Of a DNA stretch of 60,359 bases, positions 8,538-17,849 are shown in pieces. The number at the start of each line of letters is the position of its first letter. Position 1 is the first letter of the stretch. The translations under genes were made by a program, and so were the position numbers. Origin of the DNA: an uncultured Bacilli bacterium (lineage in GTDB: Bacteria; Bacillota_I; Bacilli_A; RF39; UBA660); assembly GCA_944358455.1 (NCBI GenBank), contig CALVRE010000008.1, forward strand, positions 1 through 60,359, in the 5' to 3' direction. The notes under the pieces are model-generated. The model saw nothing but the letters and a program-made list of their open reading frames with translations, had not been told where the DNA came from and searched no databases.

Positions 8538-8571
8538 AAAAATATCAGTTGCCAAAAAACTGATATTTTTT
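8538..8571 (+). terminator. Intrinsic terminator after tex
   Basis: AAAAATATCAGTT / AACTGATATTTTT inverted repeat. Confidence 0.75.
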
Positions 8572-8803
8572 ATTGGTTCCATAATTTCCCATATTTTTTC
8601 CCTAATCTCAACACATTTATTTTATATACTGATATTGTCAGGAGGTGATAGATGACGAAAATGATAAACGAATAAGACTTGAAAATAACAATTAATGTAA
8701 ATAAAACAAATACACTCCTAAAAATGTTCTTTAATGAAAGAAGGGTGGTGAGAATGCTAGAAATATGAGCGAAATAGTGTTATACTAAATGCGAGGTGTA
8801 AGC

Positions 8804-9463
8804 ATGTACAAGATTTGTTTAGTAGAAGACGAAGAGATGTTAAACAACTTAATCAAATCCTATTTAGAACGCGCAGGCTATGAAGTGGTTAACTTCTTTA
8901 ATGGAGAGGACGCATATGACTATATAGGAAAAGAAGAAGTTCATCTATGGATACTAGATATTATGTTAGGTGATACAATTAGTGGTTATGATCTAATTAA
9001 AAAAATTCGTGAGATCGATCAAAAAGTTCCAGTTATTTTTACATCAGCGAGAGATCAAGATCTGGACAAAATTATTGGTTTAGAATTAGGAAGTGATGAC
9101 TATATTACAAAACCATATTCACCAAAGGAACTAGTGCTTAGATGCAACAATATGATTAAGCGTGTATATATGCCAAGTAGCGAGAAGATGAAGTATGAAA
9201 CATATGAAATCGATATCGATAAACGAATGGTATATGAGAATGGAAAAGAAATTAGTCTTACAACTTTAGAATATGATTTGTTATTGATGTTTTTGAATAA
9301 TCGTAATAAGTCATTCAGTCGAGATGAAATATTAAAAAACATCTGGGGAGAAGATTATTTTGGTAGTGACAGAGTAGTAGATGATCTAGTAAGACGTCTT
9401 CGTAAGAAGATGAAAAATGTCCATATTAATACACTATATGGATTTGGGTATCGATTAATTTGA
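8804..9463 (+). CDS. cssR: OmpR-family response regulator, CssR-like
   Basis: HLWILDIML, VIFTSARD and FGSDRVVDDLVRRLR match my recollection of B. subtilis CssR. RBS GAGGTG precedes ATG 8804. Confidence 0.8.
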   Translation: MYKICLVEDEEMLNNLIKSYLERAGYEVVNFFNGEDAYDYIGKEEVHLWILDIMLGDTISGYDLIKKIREIDQKVPVIFTSARDQDLDKIIGLELGSDDYITKPYSPKELVLRCNNMIKRVYMPSSEKMKYETYEIDIDKRMVYENGKEISLTTLEYDLLLMFLNNRNKSFSRDEILKNIWGEDYFGSDRVVDDLVRRLRKKMKNVHINTLYGFGYRLI

Positions 9464-10725
9464 GACCATTAGAGCAAAATCTATTCCGTCAATTAATTTC
9501 TATAGCCGTCATTATGTGTGGAATTATTTTCCTAAGCTTAGGAATCCTACTGCCTAAGGTACTTTTGCCGGTATATGAGAAAAATATTTACCAATATTTA
9601 AAACAACCACTTGAATTGCTTCGTTATGATATAGATGACGATGAAATAGCAAGTGATGTCGCATATCTTTATATTACCTCTGATGGTGAAATTATTGCTT
9701 CAGACAATTTCGAAACTGTTATCAAATCGACTCCTAAACAAGTCGTTGCGAAGATAGATGATGAATACGGTAAGTTTACTTACTTAGGTAAAACTTATTA
9801 CTATAATACCTCTTATAGTCATTATGTTAGTAAAGTATCCCTTACCAACGACCAGTACATCACAAGTATGAAACAAGATGTACTCTATACTATATTTCCT
9901 ATTTTGTTAATTACTCTCTTACTTATATCTGGACTGATTATTTGGTGGTCTAGACGATTAGTCAAAAAAATTGAAAGACTGAAGGAAAAAGTTGATAATT
10001 TATCGAATGATGATTATGTCGATAATTATAACTATGTTATGGATGACGAATTAAAAGCTCTTAGTGAAGCAATTGATAATATGAAAGCAACTTTGAAAGA
10101 GCAAGAAGAATATAAAAATCAAATGTACCAAAATATATCCCATGATTTCAAGACTCCTCTCACGGTGATAAAATCGTACATCGAAGCGGTCGATGACGGG
10201 GTACAGGATAAAGAACAAGCTTTGGCGGTAATTCGGGAACAAGTAGATAAATTAGAATTAAAAGTACACTCCTTACTATATTTAAATAAATTGAATTATA
10301 TAAAAGATTCTGATCAATATCGCCAGGAGCAAATTGATGTGACGGAAGTCATTCGTACTTCAGTAGATAAATTTAAAATTCAACGACCAGAACTCACTTG
10401 GGAAATTCATATTGAAGATAAAAAAACGATCTTTAATGGTTCCCTTGATATGTGGGAAGCAATTGTCGATAATTTGTTAGGTAATTTTATTCGTTATGCG
10501 GATAAAAAAATCAAGGTTACAATTAAGAACGGGAAAATAACTTTTTACAACGATGGTCCTAATATCGATCCAAATATTCTCGATGATATTTTCACTCCCT
10601 ATAAAAAAGGTATCAAAGGGCAATTTGGATTGGGACTTTCCATTGTAAAGAAAACGGTTGCTTTGGTCGGTTATGAAATAACTGTCAAAAATGAAAAGAA
10701 AGGTGTCAGTTTTATGATAAAATAA
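9460..10725 (+). CDS. Sensor histidine kinase, CssS-like
   Basis: Two TM segments, HAMP region, H-box ISHDFKTPL, G-box GQFGLGLSIV. Coupled to the regulator gene. Confidence 0.9.
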   Translation: MRPLEQNLFRQLISIAVIMCGIIFLSLGILLPKVLLPVYEKNIYQYLKQPLELLRYDIDDDEIASDVAYLYITSDGEIIASDNFETVIKSTPKQVVAKIDDEYGKFTYLGKTYYYNTSYSHYVSKVSLTNDQYITSMKQDVLYTIFPILLITLLLISGLIIWWSRRLVKKIERLKEKVDNLSNDDYVDNYNYVMDDELKALSEAIDNMKATLKEQEEYKNQMYQNISHDFKTPLTVIKSYIEAVDDGVQDKEQALAVIREQVDKLELKVHSLLYLNKLNYIKDSDQYRQEQIDVTEVIRTSVDKFKIQRPELTWEIHIEDKKTIFNGSLDMWEAIVDNLLGNFIRYADKKIKVTIKNGKITFYNDGPNIDPNILDDIFTPYKKGIKGQFGLGLSIVKKTVALVGYEITVKNEKKGVSFMIK

Positions 10726-10824
10726 AGAACTCTTTATACTTCGGTATAAGGGGTTCTTTTTTTGCTTTTTGATACTTTACAAAAAAACGATTATTGTTAT
10801 AAAATAATAAATAAAGGTGAGAAT

Positions 10825-11466
10825 ATGAATAAAACTGAGAAAAGAGAAGTTGATCTCTATTATTATGAACATGCATTAGAAAAAGAGGGATTAACATATA
10901 TTGGTGGGGTAGATGAGGTGGGAAGAGGACCTCTGATTGGTCCCGTCGTGACGGCATGTTGCGTTTTACCCACCAACTTTGAATGCCCTGGACTTACCGA
11001 TTCCAAAAAATTAAGTGAGAAAAAACGTAATCAGTATTACGAATATATCAAGGAACATGCGGTTGCTTACGGAATTGGTCAATGTAGTCCAGAAGAAATC
11101 GATCAATATAATATTTATGAAGCTTCACGAATTGCCATGATAAGAGCAATCGAAGAGGTACGAAAACAAGTCCCTTTAGAACATGTATTAGTGGATGCAA
11201 TGCCACTTGATTTGGATATTCCCACGACCTCGATCATCAAAGGAGATGCGAAAAGCATCAGTATTGCTGCAGCCAGTGTTCTTGCGAAGGTAACGAGAGA
11301 TCAAATGATGTATGAATTAGACGAGAAGTATCCACAATATGGCTTTGGGAAACATAAAGGATATCCCACTAAAGCACATATTGAGGCAATTCATAAGTAT
11401 GGATTAATTGATGGTTATCGGAAGACTTATGGACCAGTAAAGGAGGTAAAGAATGAAAATTTTTAG
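10825..11466 (+). CDS. rnhB: Ribonuclease HII
   Basis: GVDEVGRGPL, DSKKL and SIAAASVLAKVTRD motifs. RBS AGGTGA precedes ATG 10825. Confidence 0.95.
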   Translation: MNKTEKREVDLYYYEHALEKEGLTYIGGVDEVGRGPLIGPVVTACCVLPTNFECPGLTDSKKLSEKKRNQYYEYIKEHAVAYGIGQCSPEEIDQYNIYEASRIAMIRAIEEVRKQVPLEHVLVDAMPLDLDIPTTSIIKGDAKSISIAAASVLAKVTRDQMMYELDEKYPQYGFGKHKGYPTKAHIEAIHKYGLIDGYRKTYGPVKEVKNENF

Positions 11467-11484
11467 AAGGAGAGGTTTTAGATT

Positions 11485-12012
11485 ATGCAGATACAGAGGA
11501 TAAAAGTAGGCTTACTTCAAACCAATTGTTATTTGTTAGAGAAAAATAACCAATTGATCGTCATTGATCCGGGAGATGAGAAAGAAAAGATATTAGCGGA
11601 AGTGAAGGGTCGTGAAGTGTTAGCTGTGCTTCTTACTCATCGTCATTTTGATCATATCGGTGCACTCTCTATTTTTCCCAATATCCCCATTTATGAATAT
11701 CAAAATTTAGAAGAAAAAGAGTATCACGTTGGCCCATTTGTTTTTCAAGTTCTCTATACACCTGGTCATACATTGGATTCTGTCACGTATTATTTTCAAA
11801 AAGAAGAAGTAATGTTTACTGGTGATTTTTTGTTTCATGAAGATATTGGCAGAACCGATTTGGAAGGTGGCAGTATTCATGATATGAAAGTTAGTCTTCA
11901 AAAAATGAAGCAATATCCTGAAAATATTCGTCTTTTTCCAGGTCACGAAGAAGATACGACGCTTGCCCATGAATTACAATATAATAATGCTTTTCAAATG
12001 TTGGAATATTAA
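11485..12012 (+). CDS. MBL-fold metallo-hydrolase (glyoxalase II-like)
   Basis: THRHFDHIG, TPGHT, FTGD and PGH motifs. Confidence 0.92.
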   Translation: MQIQRIKVGLLQTNCYLLEKNNQLIVIDPGDEKEKILAEVKGREVLAVLLTHRHFDHIGALSIFPNIPIYEYQNLEEKEYHVGPFVFQVLYTPGHTLDSVTYYFQKEEVMFTGDFLFHEDIGRTDLEGGSIHDMKVSLQKMKQYPENIRLFPGHEEDTTLAHELQYNNAFQMLEY

Positions 12013-12023
12013 AAAAGGATAAG

Positions 12024-12209
12024 TTATCTCTTACCCTTTTTTCTTTTTATTTTACATTTATAGCTATCACACATCGTCGATTCTTTTTCATCTTCTGGAC
12101 TACAAAGACAAATTTTTATTTTTTCTAACTTACAATAATCGATTTTTGCATCATTATATTCACAATCGTGAACAGTACATTTGATACAGCGATTGAAATC
12201 TCCTTCCAT
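12024..12209 (-). CDS. Small Cys-rich DUF1540-like protein
   Basis: IKCTVHDCEYN...C...I......T.C.SY pattern with RBS GGGTGA. Confidence 0.75.
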   Translation of the reverse strand: MEGDFNRCIKCTVHDCEYNDAKIDYCKLEKIKICLCSPEDEKESTMCDSYKCKIKRKKGKR

Positions 12210-12252
12210 ATGATCACCCTAGTTCTATTATCCACTAGAATGTCAATTTTAT

Positions 12253-12281
12253 TCATAGAAAGAGAATTCTTTTCATAAGAT
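12253..12281 (+). promoter_or_regulatory. Sigma-E-like promoter
   Basis: TCATA-16nt-CATAAGAT upstream of 12288. Confidence 0.5.
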
Positions 12282-12287
12282 GTATGG

Positions 12288-13196
12288 GTGATAAAAATGG
12301 ACAAGATCGTAGGAATTCCTCGCAGTTTTCTTTATTATGATCATCATATTCTATGGGAAACCTTCTTATCAGAATTACGTATTCCTTATATAGTAAGTCC
12401 AAAGACAAATGAGCAAATCATGCGTTTTGGACAACAGGATAGTCATGATGAAATGTGTCTTTCTTTGAAAAATTATTTAGGGCATGTACATTACTTAGAA
12501 GATAAATGTGACTATTTACTGGTACCACGAGTGGATAATTATGGCCTTTATAATCAAACTTGTACCAACTTCCTTGCACTTTATGATATCGTACACAATG
12601 TGACAAATAAACCTATCTTAAATTATAATATCGATTATTGTCATGGGGATACAGAATGGAAAGGATTTTTAAAAATGGGATTAGAACTAGGTAAAAAGCG
12701 AGCAGAAATTAAAGACGCGTACCACCATGCCAAGGAAAAAGAAAAGGAATATTATGATCATTTGATTGGGGCGAATTATAATGCTTTAAATAATTCGAAA
12801 CCACGAATTTTAATAATTGCCCATAATTATGTTCTCTACGATGAAATGATTGGACTGCCGATCACAAACATGTTTCAGAAAATGGGGGCAACCATTATTG
12901 ATGCGAATTTGTTTGATCAAAAAGTCGCATTGAGAGAAAGTAGAAGGATTAGTTCAGGATTATATTGGGATACCAGTAGAAAACTCGTAGGAGCAATCCC
13001 TATTGTCGAACATAATATTGATGGCATTGTCTTTTTGTCAAGTTTTCCTTGTGGCCTTGATTCCTTAGTAAATGAATTAGTAATGCGCAAAATAAAAAAA
13101 CCATATTTAAATTTAGTAGTAGATGACATTTCTTCTCTAACTGGTATGGAAACGAGAATAGAAAGTTTTATGGATATTTTAAATGTCAAAATATAA
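12288..13196 (+). CDS. Acyl-CoA dehydratase activase-related protein (DUF2229-like)
   Basis: VGIPRS, EMCLSLK..GHV, FPCGLDS and TRIESF motifs. Confidence 0.75.
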   Translation: MIKMDKIVGIPRSFLYYDHHILWETFLSELRIPYIVSPKTNEQIMRFGQQDSHDEMCLSLKNYLGHVHYLEDKCDYLLVPRVDNYGLYNQTCTNFLALYDIVHNVTNKPILNYNIDYCHGDTEWKGFLKMGLELGKKRAEIKDAYHHAKEKEKEYYDHLIGANYNALNNSKPRILIIAHNYVLYDEMIGLPITNMFQKMGATIIDANLFDQKVALRESRRISSGLYWDTSRKLVGAIPIVEHNIDGIVFLSSFPCGLDSLVNELVMRKIKKPYLNLVVDDISSLTGMETRIESFMDILNVKI

Positions 13197-14274
13197 AATA
13201 TCATTTCCCCATATGGCGGATTACTATGTTCCTGTGCGTTACTTACTGTCTCATTTAATGGAAGATGCCGAAATTATGGTCGCACCACCGATTACATCGA
13301 AAACGATCGAACTAGGAAGTAAATATAGTCCCGATTTCCTTTGCACCCCATTCAAATATACGTTAGGTACGATTATAGAAGCATTAGAATGTGGAGCGAA
13401 TGTAATCGTTCAAGCAGGTGGTGGTTGTAGGTATGGTTACTATAGTGAATTACAAATAGAAATCTTAAAAGAGTTAGGATATGACTTTACTTATTTGAAT
13501 CTCGTTAGTTGTGGTAAAACTGATATCAAAAAAATATATCAGATGGCAAAAAAATTAAATCCTCATTTTTCCGTTTTAAAAGCATGTTATTATGGATTTA
13601 TTACGATAAAAATGGTGAAATATATGGATCAGATCGATCATATTATTCGTGAGAACATTGGATTTGAAGTCAAAGAAAACAGTTTTATACATTTAAAACA
13701 AGAAATGTTAGAGCATTTTTCGCAAGTTAAAACTTATAGAGAACTATTTTCTCTTTATCACCAATATAAAAAGAAATTTTTAAATTTAGAAATAAAAAAA
13801 CCGAAAGATTATTTTAAAGTAGGAATGATTGGGGAACTATATACAATTATGGAACCATTTGCCAATTATCAACTAGAATATGAACTTGCTAAGTTTGGAA
13901 TAGCGATTAAACGATATACGAATGTTCAATATTTATTGTTTGAGAAAAAACATGAAATTAAAAAGTTGTTGAGGCAAACAAGCGATTACATTAAATATAA
14001 AATGGGAGCCGATGCCAGTGATAATATTGCCCGCGCTAAATACTTTTGTACTCACCATTATGATGGTATCATTCATATAAAATCTAGTTTTTGTACTCCA
14101 GAAATAGGCGCCATGCCAGTGATTTCTAAAGTATGTAGTGATTATCAAGTACCAGTTTTATTTTTTAGTTTTGATGCAAATACAAGTGAAGTGGGAATTC
14201 GAACGAGAATTGAAGCTTTTTATGATATGTTAGAAATGAGGAGAGAGTATGAAAAAAGCATATCTCGGAATTGA
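13183..14274 (+). CDS. 2-hydroxyacyl-CoA dehydratase-related protein
   Basis: CTPFK, GGCRYGYY, FCTPE and TRIEAF motifs. In an operon with the activase. Confidence 0.7.
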   Translation: MSKYKISFPHMADYYVPVRYLLSHLMEDAEIMVAPPITSKTIELGSKYSPDFLCTPFKYTLGTIIEALECGANVIVQAGGGCRYGYYSELQIEILKELGYDFTYLNLVSCGKTDIKKIYQMAKKLNPHFSVLKACYYGFITIKMVKYMDQIDHIIRENIGFEVKENSFIHLKQEMLEHFSQVKTYRELFSLYHQYKKKFLNLEIKKPKDYFKVGMIGELYTIMEPFANYQLEYELAKFGIAIKRYTNVQYLLFEKKHEIKKLLRQTSDYIKYKMGADASDNIARAKYFCTHHYDGIIHIKSSFCTPEIGAMPVISKVCSDYQVPVLFFSFDANTSEVGIRTRIEAFYDMLEMRREYEKSISRN

Positions 14275-15193
14275 TATTGGATCGATTTCAACCAAAGGAG
14301 TTGTCATTGATAGCGATTATCATCTTTTGGCTAGTGATTATATATGGACGGAAGGAGATCCTGTTCAAGCTGTTCGGACCTTGATCGATTCGTTAAAAGA
14401 ACAATTATCAGATGATATTGAAATTCATGGTATTGGTACAACTGGAAGTGCTCGCAAACTAATTGGTCTTATGTTAGATGCTAATGTTGTAAAAAATGAA
14501 ATTACCGCTCATGCAGTAGGAACAAAGGCCTTTTATCCCGATGTCCGAACCATTTTAGAGATTGGAGGACAAGACTCTAAAATGATATTATTAAATCATG
14601 GTGTCGTGGTCGATTATGCCATGAATACATTGTGTGCAGCAGGAACGGGAGCATTCCTTTCTAGTCAGGCCAAGAGGCTAGGAGTACCCATCGAAGAATT
14701 TGGAAAACTTGCTCTAACGAGTAAACATCCCGTTAAAATTGCCGCACGTTGTACGGTGTTTGCCGAATCTGACCTCATTCATAAAGCACAAGTGGGATAT
14801 CCAAAAGAAGATATCGTAGCCGGATTATGTAGAAGCATTGTTCTCAATTATTTAAATAATGTAGGAAAAGGAAAGAAAATTATGGGACCGGTTGTCTTCC
14901 AAGGCGGTGTTTCGAAAAATATAGGCGTTGTCAAACAGTTTGAAGAAGTATTGAAAGAGCCGATTATAGTAGATCCAAATAGTCATTTGATGGGAGCAAT
15001 TGGCATTGCGATTCTATCTTCTAAACAAGCTAGAGATAACATATATCCATTGGAATTCAAAAACATTACATTTGAAACAAAAGGAAGAGAATGTGAACAT
15101 TGTTCCAATCATTGTGAAATATTAAATATTTATAAAAATCAAAAGTTGATCGATACATGGGGAAATAAGTGCCCAAGAGGATTACAGGTGTAA
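14249..15193 (+). CDS. Acyl-CoA dehydratase activase (BcrAD/BadFG ATPase, Fe-S)
   Basis: GIDIGSISTK, EIGGQDSK, CAAGTG and CTVFAES motifs. Confidence 0.92.
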   Translation: MKKAYLGIDIGSISTKGVVIDSDYHLLASDYIWTEGDPVQAVRTLIDSLKEQLSDDIEIHGIGTTGSARKLIGLMLDANVVKNEITAHAVGTKAFYPDVRTILEIGGQDSKMILLNHGVVVDYAMNTLCAAGTGAFLSSQAKRLGVPIEEFGKLALTSKHPVKIAARCTVFAESDLIHKAQVGYPKEDIVAGLCRSIVLNYLNNVGKGKKIMGPVVFQGGVSKNIGVVKQFEEVLKEPIIVDPNSHLMGAIGIAILSSKQARDNIYPLEFKNITFETKGRECEHCSNHCEILNIYKNQKLIDTWGNKCPRGLQV

Positions 15194-15401
15194 AAGAAAT
15201 GTAAGATACATTTCTTTTTTTTATTATTTTTGTCGTTGATTGATATTAGAAATAGTTGAAAATAATCAAATGATGAAAGTAGGAGAGAAGATGAAGAAAC
15301 ATGAATTGAATTAGTAATCGGTATTGTCATATCGTGCTAATAGCTTTAATTGCAACACCATTAGTTATGAATAAATTAAAAAGTTCAAAAAAACATACTA
15401 G

Positions 15402-16103
15402 CTAATTAGTATGCTTTTCATTTTTGATGAATTCTCGTAACATTTTTGTGAGCGCTCTTTTTTCGATTCTCGATACATAACTTCTGGAAATTCCTAATTC
15501 TTTGGCAATCTCTTTTTGGGTTACTTCATCTTCGTCATTGAGACCGTATCGTTTAATGATAATTTCTTTTTCTCGTTCGTTTAAAACATTGAAATATTTT
15601 TTTAATAGTTTGACACTGTCTTGTTTATGTAGATCGAGTGCGAAATCAGGTTTCGGTGTTTTTAAAATGTCTAAGAATGTTATTTCATTCCCATCTTTAT
15701 CGAAACCGATCGATTCATTGATGCTAATATTTTTGCTATTCTTTTTATCGCTTCTAAAGTACATGAGAATCTCATTTTCGATACAACGTGCACAATAAGT
15801 TGTGATTCTGGTCCCATGTTTATAAGAATAGGAATCAATTCCTTTGATAAGTCCAATCGTTCCAATGCTGATTAAGTCATCTGCATCTTCCCTGCGGTGA
15901 TCATATTTTTTGACGATATGAGCAACTAATCTTAAGTTGTGTTCAATGAGTTTATTACGAGCATCTTTATCACCAAGTCGCATTTTTTCGACATACTGAT
16001 CCTCTTCCTCTTTTGAAAGAGGATCTGGAAAGATGTTATTTGAGTATGCGGCGGTAAAGAAATGGAAATCTTGAAATAAATATTTTATAATTTTGGAAAA
16101 CAT
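15402..16103 (-). CDS. sigK: Sporulation sigma factor pro-SigK, uninterrupted
   Basis: Hydrophobic pro-sequence, then FPDPLS, HNLRLVAHIVKKY, DLISIGTIGLIK and ISRSYVSRIEKRAL. Confidence 0.9.
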   Translation of the reverse strand: MFSKIIKYLFQDFHFFTAAYSNNIFPDPLSKEEEDQYVEKMRLGDKDARNKLIEHNLRLVAHIVKKYDHRREDADDLISIGTIGLIKGIDSYSYKHGTRITTYCARCIENEILMYFRSDKKNSKNISINESIGFDKDGNEITFLDILKTPKPDFALDLHKQDSVKLLKKYFNVLNEREKEIIIKRYGLNDEDEVTQKEIAKELGISRSYVSRIEKRALTKMLREFIKNEKHTN

Positions 16104-16416
16104 AAATCACTTCCTTAATTTAAATATAGTCATTTGGTTTCAATTTATGTCTATGGACAATTTATCTTTTGCTTGTTTCGTCATAGGCAAAAAATTTGGG
16201 GTTTTCATAGAAGCGGTGTTTTGAATTTTTAAAAAAATTGCAAATGGACAAATAGAATGACAACAAAGTTTGTGATGAATATGCAAGTATTTCATCTTAT
16301 AATCGTGTTTATAAATAAGTTAAAATGATGAGAATTTATCATAAAAATCGGGGTTCAAAAAGAGAATTACTTTTCTTTTTGAACAATTGCTGATATAATG
16401 AATAATAGGTGAGAAT

Positions 16417-17832
16417 ATGAATAAGACAAAGATCATTGCGACGATCGGACCAGCTAGTTCCGATAAAGAAATTTTAAGACAAATGATATTATGTGGTATG
16501 AATGTTGCTCGATTTAATTTGAGTCATGCGACTCATGAATTCTGCTTAGAAAATATGAAGAAGATTGAAGAATTGAACAAGGAACTAGATACGAATGTAG
16601 CGATTATGTTTGATACGAAGGGACCAGATATTCGCATTGGAAGATTTGATGGTGGTATGGCTTTTTTGAAGAAGAATGATAAAATTCGTATTTATACAGA
16701 AGATTTATTGGGAGATCAAACTAAGTTTTCTGTTAGTTATCCAGGAATTGTCCAGGATGTAAAAGTTGGTACCATTATTAAGTTAGATGATGGTCGTATC
16801 GAACTAGAAGTGGTCGATAAAGGTTTCGATTTTCTTCTTTGTGAAGTGTTGAACGAAGGAATGATCTCCGATCACAAAGGTGTTAATATTCCCGGAGTTC
16901 GTTTAAATATTCCTTTTCTCTCAGAAAAGGATCGAGAAGATATCAAGTTTGCATCCGAAGCAGGAGCCGATTTCTTATCTCTTTCCTTTGTTTCTAACCA
17001 TGAAGATGTTTTGGAAGTGAATGATCTTTTGATTGGTTATAACAATGATCATTTGAGTATTGTGGCGAAGATTGAAAACGAACAGGCTGTGGATGATATC
17101 GATGATATTATTCGCGTTAGTGATGCGGTTATGATTGCTCGTGGAGACTTAGGAGTAGAAGTACCAATGGAACGAGTACCAGGTATTCAAAAAATGATTA
17201 TTGCGAAATGTCATGAAGCAGGAAAAGTATGTATTGTTGCGACTGAAATGTTAGCTTCGATGGAAAATATCATCCGTCCAACACGAGCCGAAGTGAGTGA
17301 TGTTGCGAATGCAGTATTGGATGGTGTCGATAGCGTTATGTTAAGTGGTGAGACAACGGTTGGTCATTTTCCGGTTGAAACATTGGATATGATGGCCCGT
17401 ATTATTGAAAGTTCGGAAGAAGATATCAATTATTTGGATCTTTTGGATCGTACGATGCGTACGGAAAAGCAAGATGTAACGGGTTCGATTTCTTATAGTG
17501 TTGCAGAGTGCGCGAATCGCTTAAAATGTAAAGCGATTGTGGCTCCGACTAAAAGTGGTTATACTGCTCGTAAAATGAGCCGTTTCAGGCCAAGCTGTCC
17601 GATCATTGCTTTAACCCCTAATAAAAATACATTAAAAAGTTTAGCACTTAATTTTGGTGTTCATACTGTTTATATCGATGAATTAGATAGTTTCGATAAG
17701 TTGATGAAGGTAGCGGTGGAAAAAGCAAGTAAATTACTGGCTACGGAAAAAGGAGATCGTATTATTATTACTGGTGGTTATCCATTTAAATTGATCAAGT
17801 CTACCAACTTTATGAAGATAGAGGAATTATAA
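16417..17832 (+). CDS. pyk: Pyruvate kinase
   Basis: TKIIATIGPAS, MIARGDLGVE, PTRAEVSDVANA and MLSGET motifs. Confidence 0.97.
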   Translation: MNKTKIIATIGPASSDKEILRQMILCGMNVARFNLSHATHEFCLENMKKIEELNKELDTNVAIMFDTKGPDIRIGRFDGGMAFLKKNDKIRIYTEDLLGDQTKFSVSYPGIVQDVKVGTIIKLDDGRIELEVVDKGFDFLLCEVLNEGMISDHKGVNIPGVRLNIPFLSEKDREDIKFASEAGADFLSLSFVSNHEDVLEVNDLLIGYNNDHLSIVAKIENEQAVDDIDDIIRVSDAVMIARGDLGVEVPMERVPGIQKMIIAKCHEAGKVCIVATEMLASMENIIRPTRAEVSDVANAVLDGVDSVMLSGETTVGHFPVETLDMMARIIESSEEDINYLDLLDRTMRTEKQDVTGSISYSVAECANRLKCKAIVAPTKSGYTARKMSRFRPSCPIIALTPNKNTLKSLALNFGVHTVYIDELDSFDKLMKVAVEKASKLLATEKGDRIIITGGYPFKLIKSTNFMKIEEL

Positions 17833-17849
17833 GAATAGGGGGTATACCT

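Noticed and set aside
15402-16103. skin-type element interrupting sigK
   Set aside because: The ORF is continuous and no recombinase is nearby.
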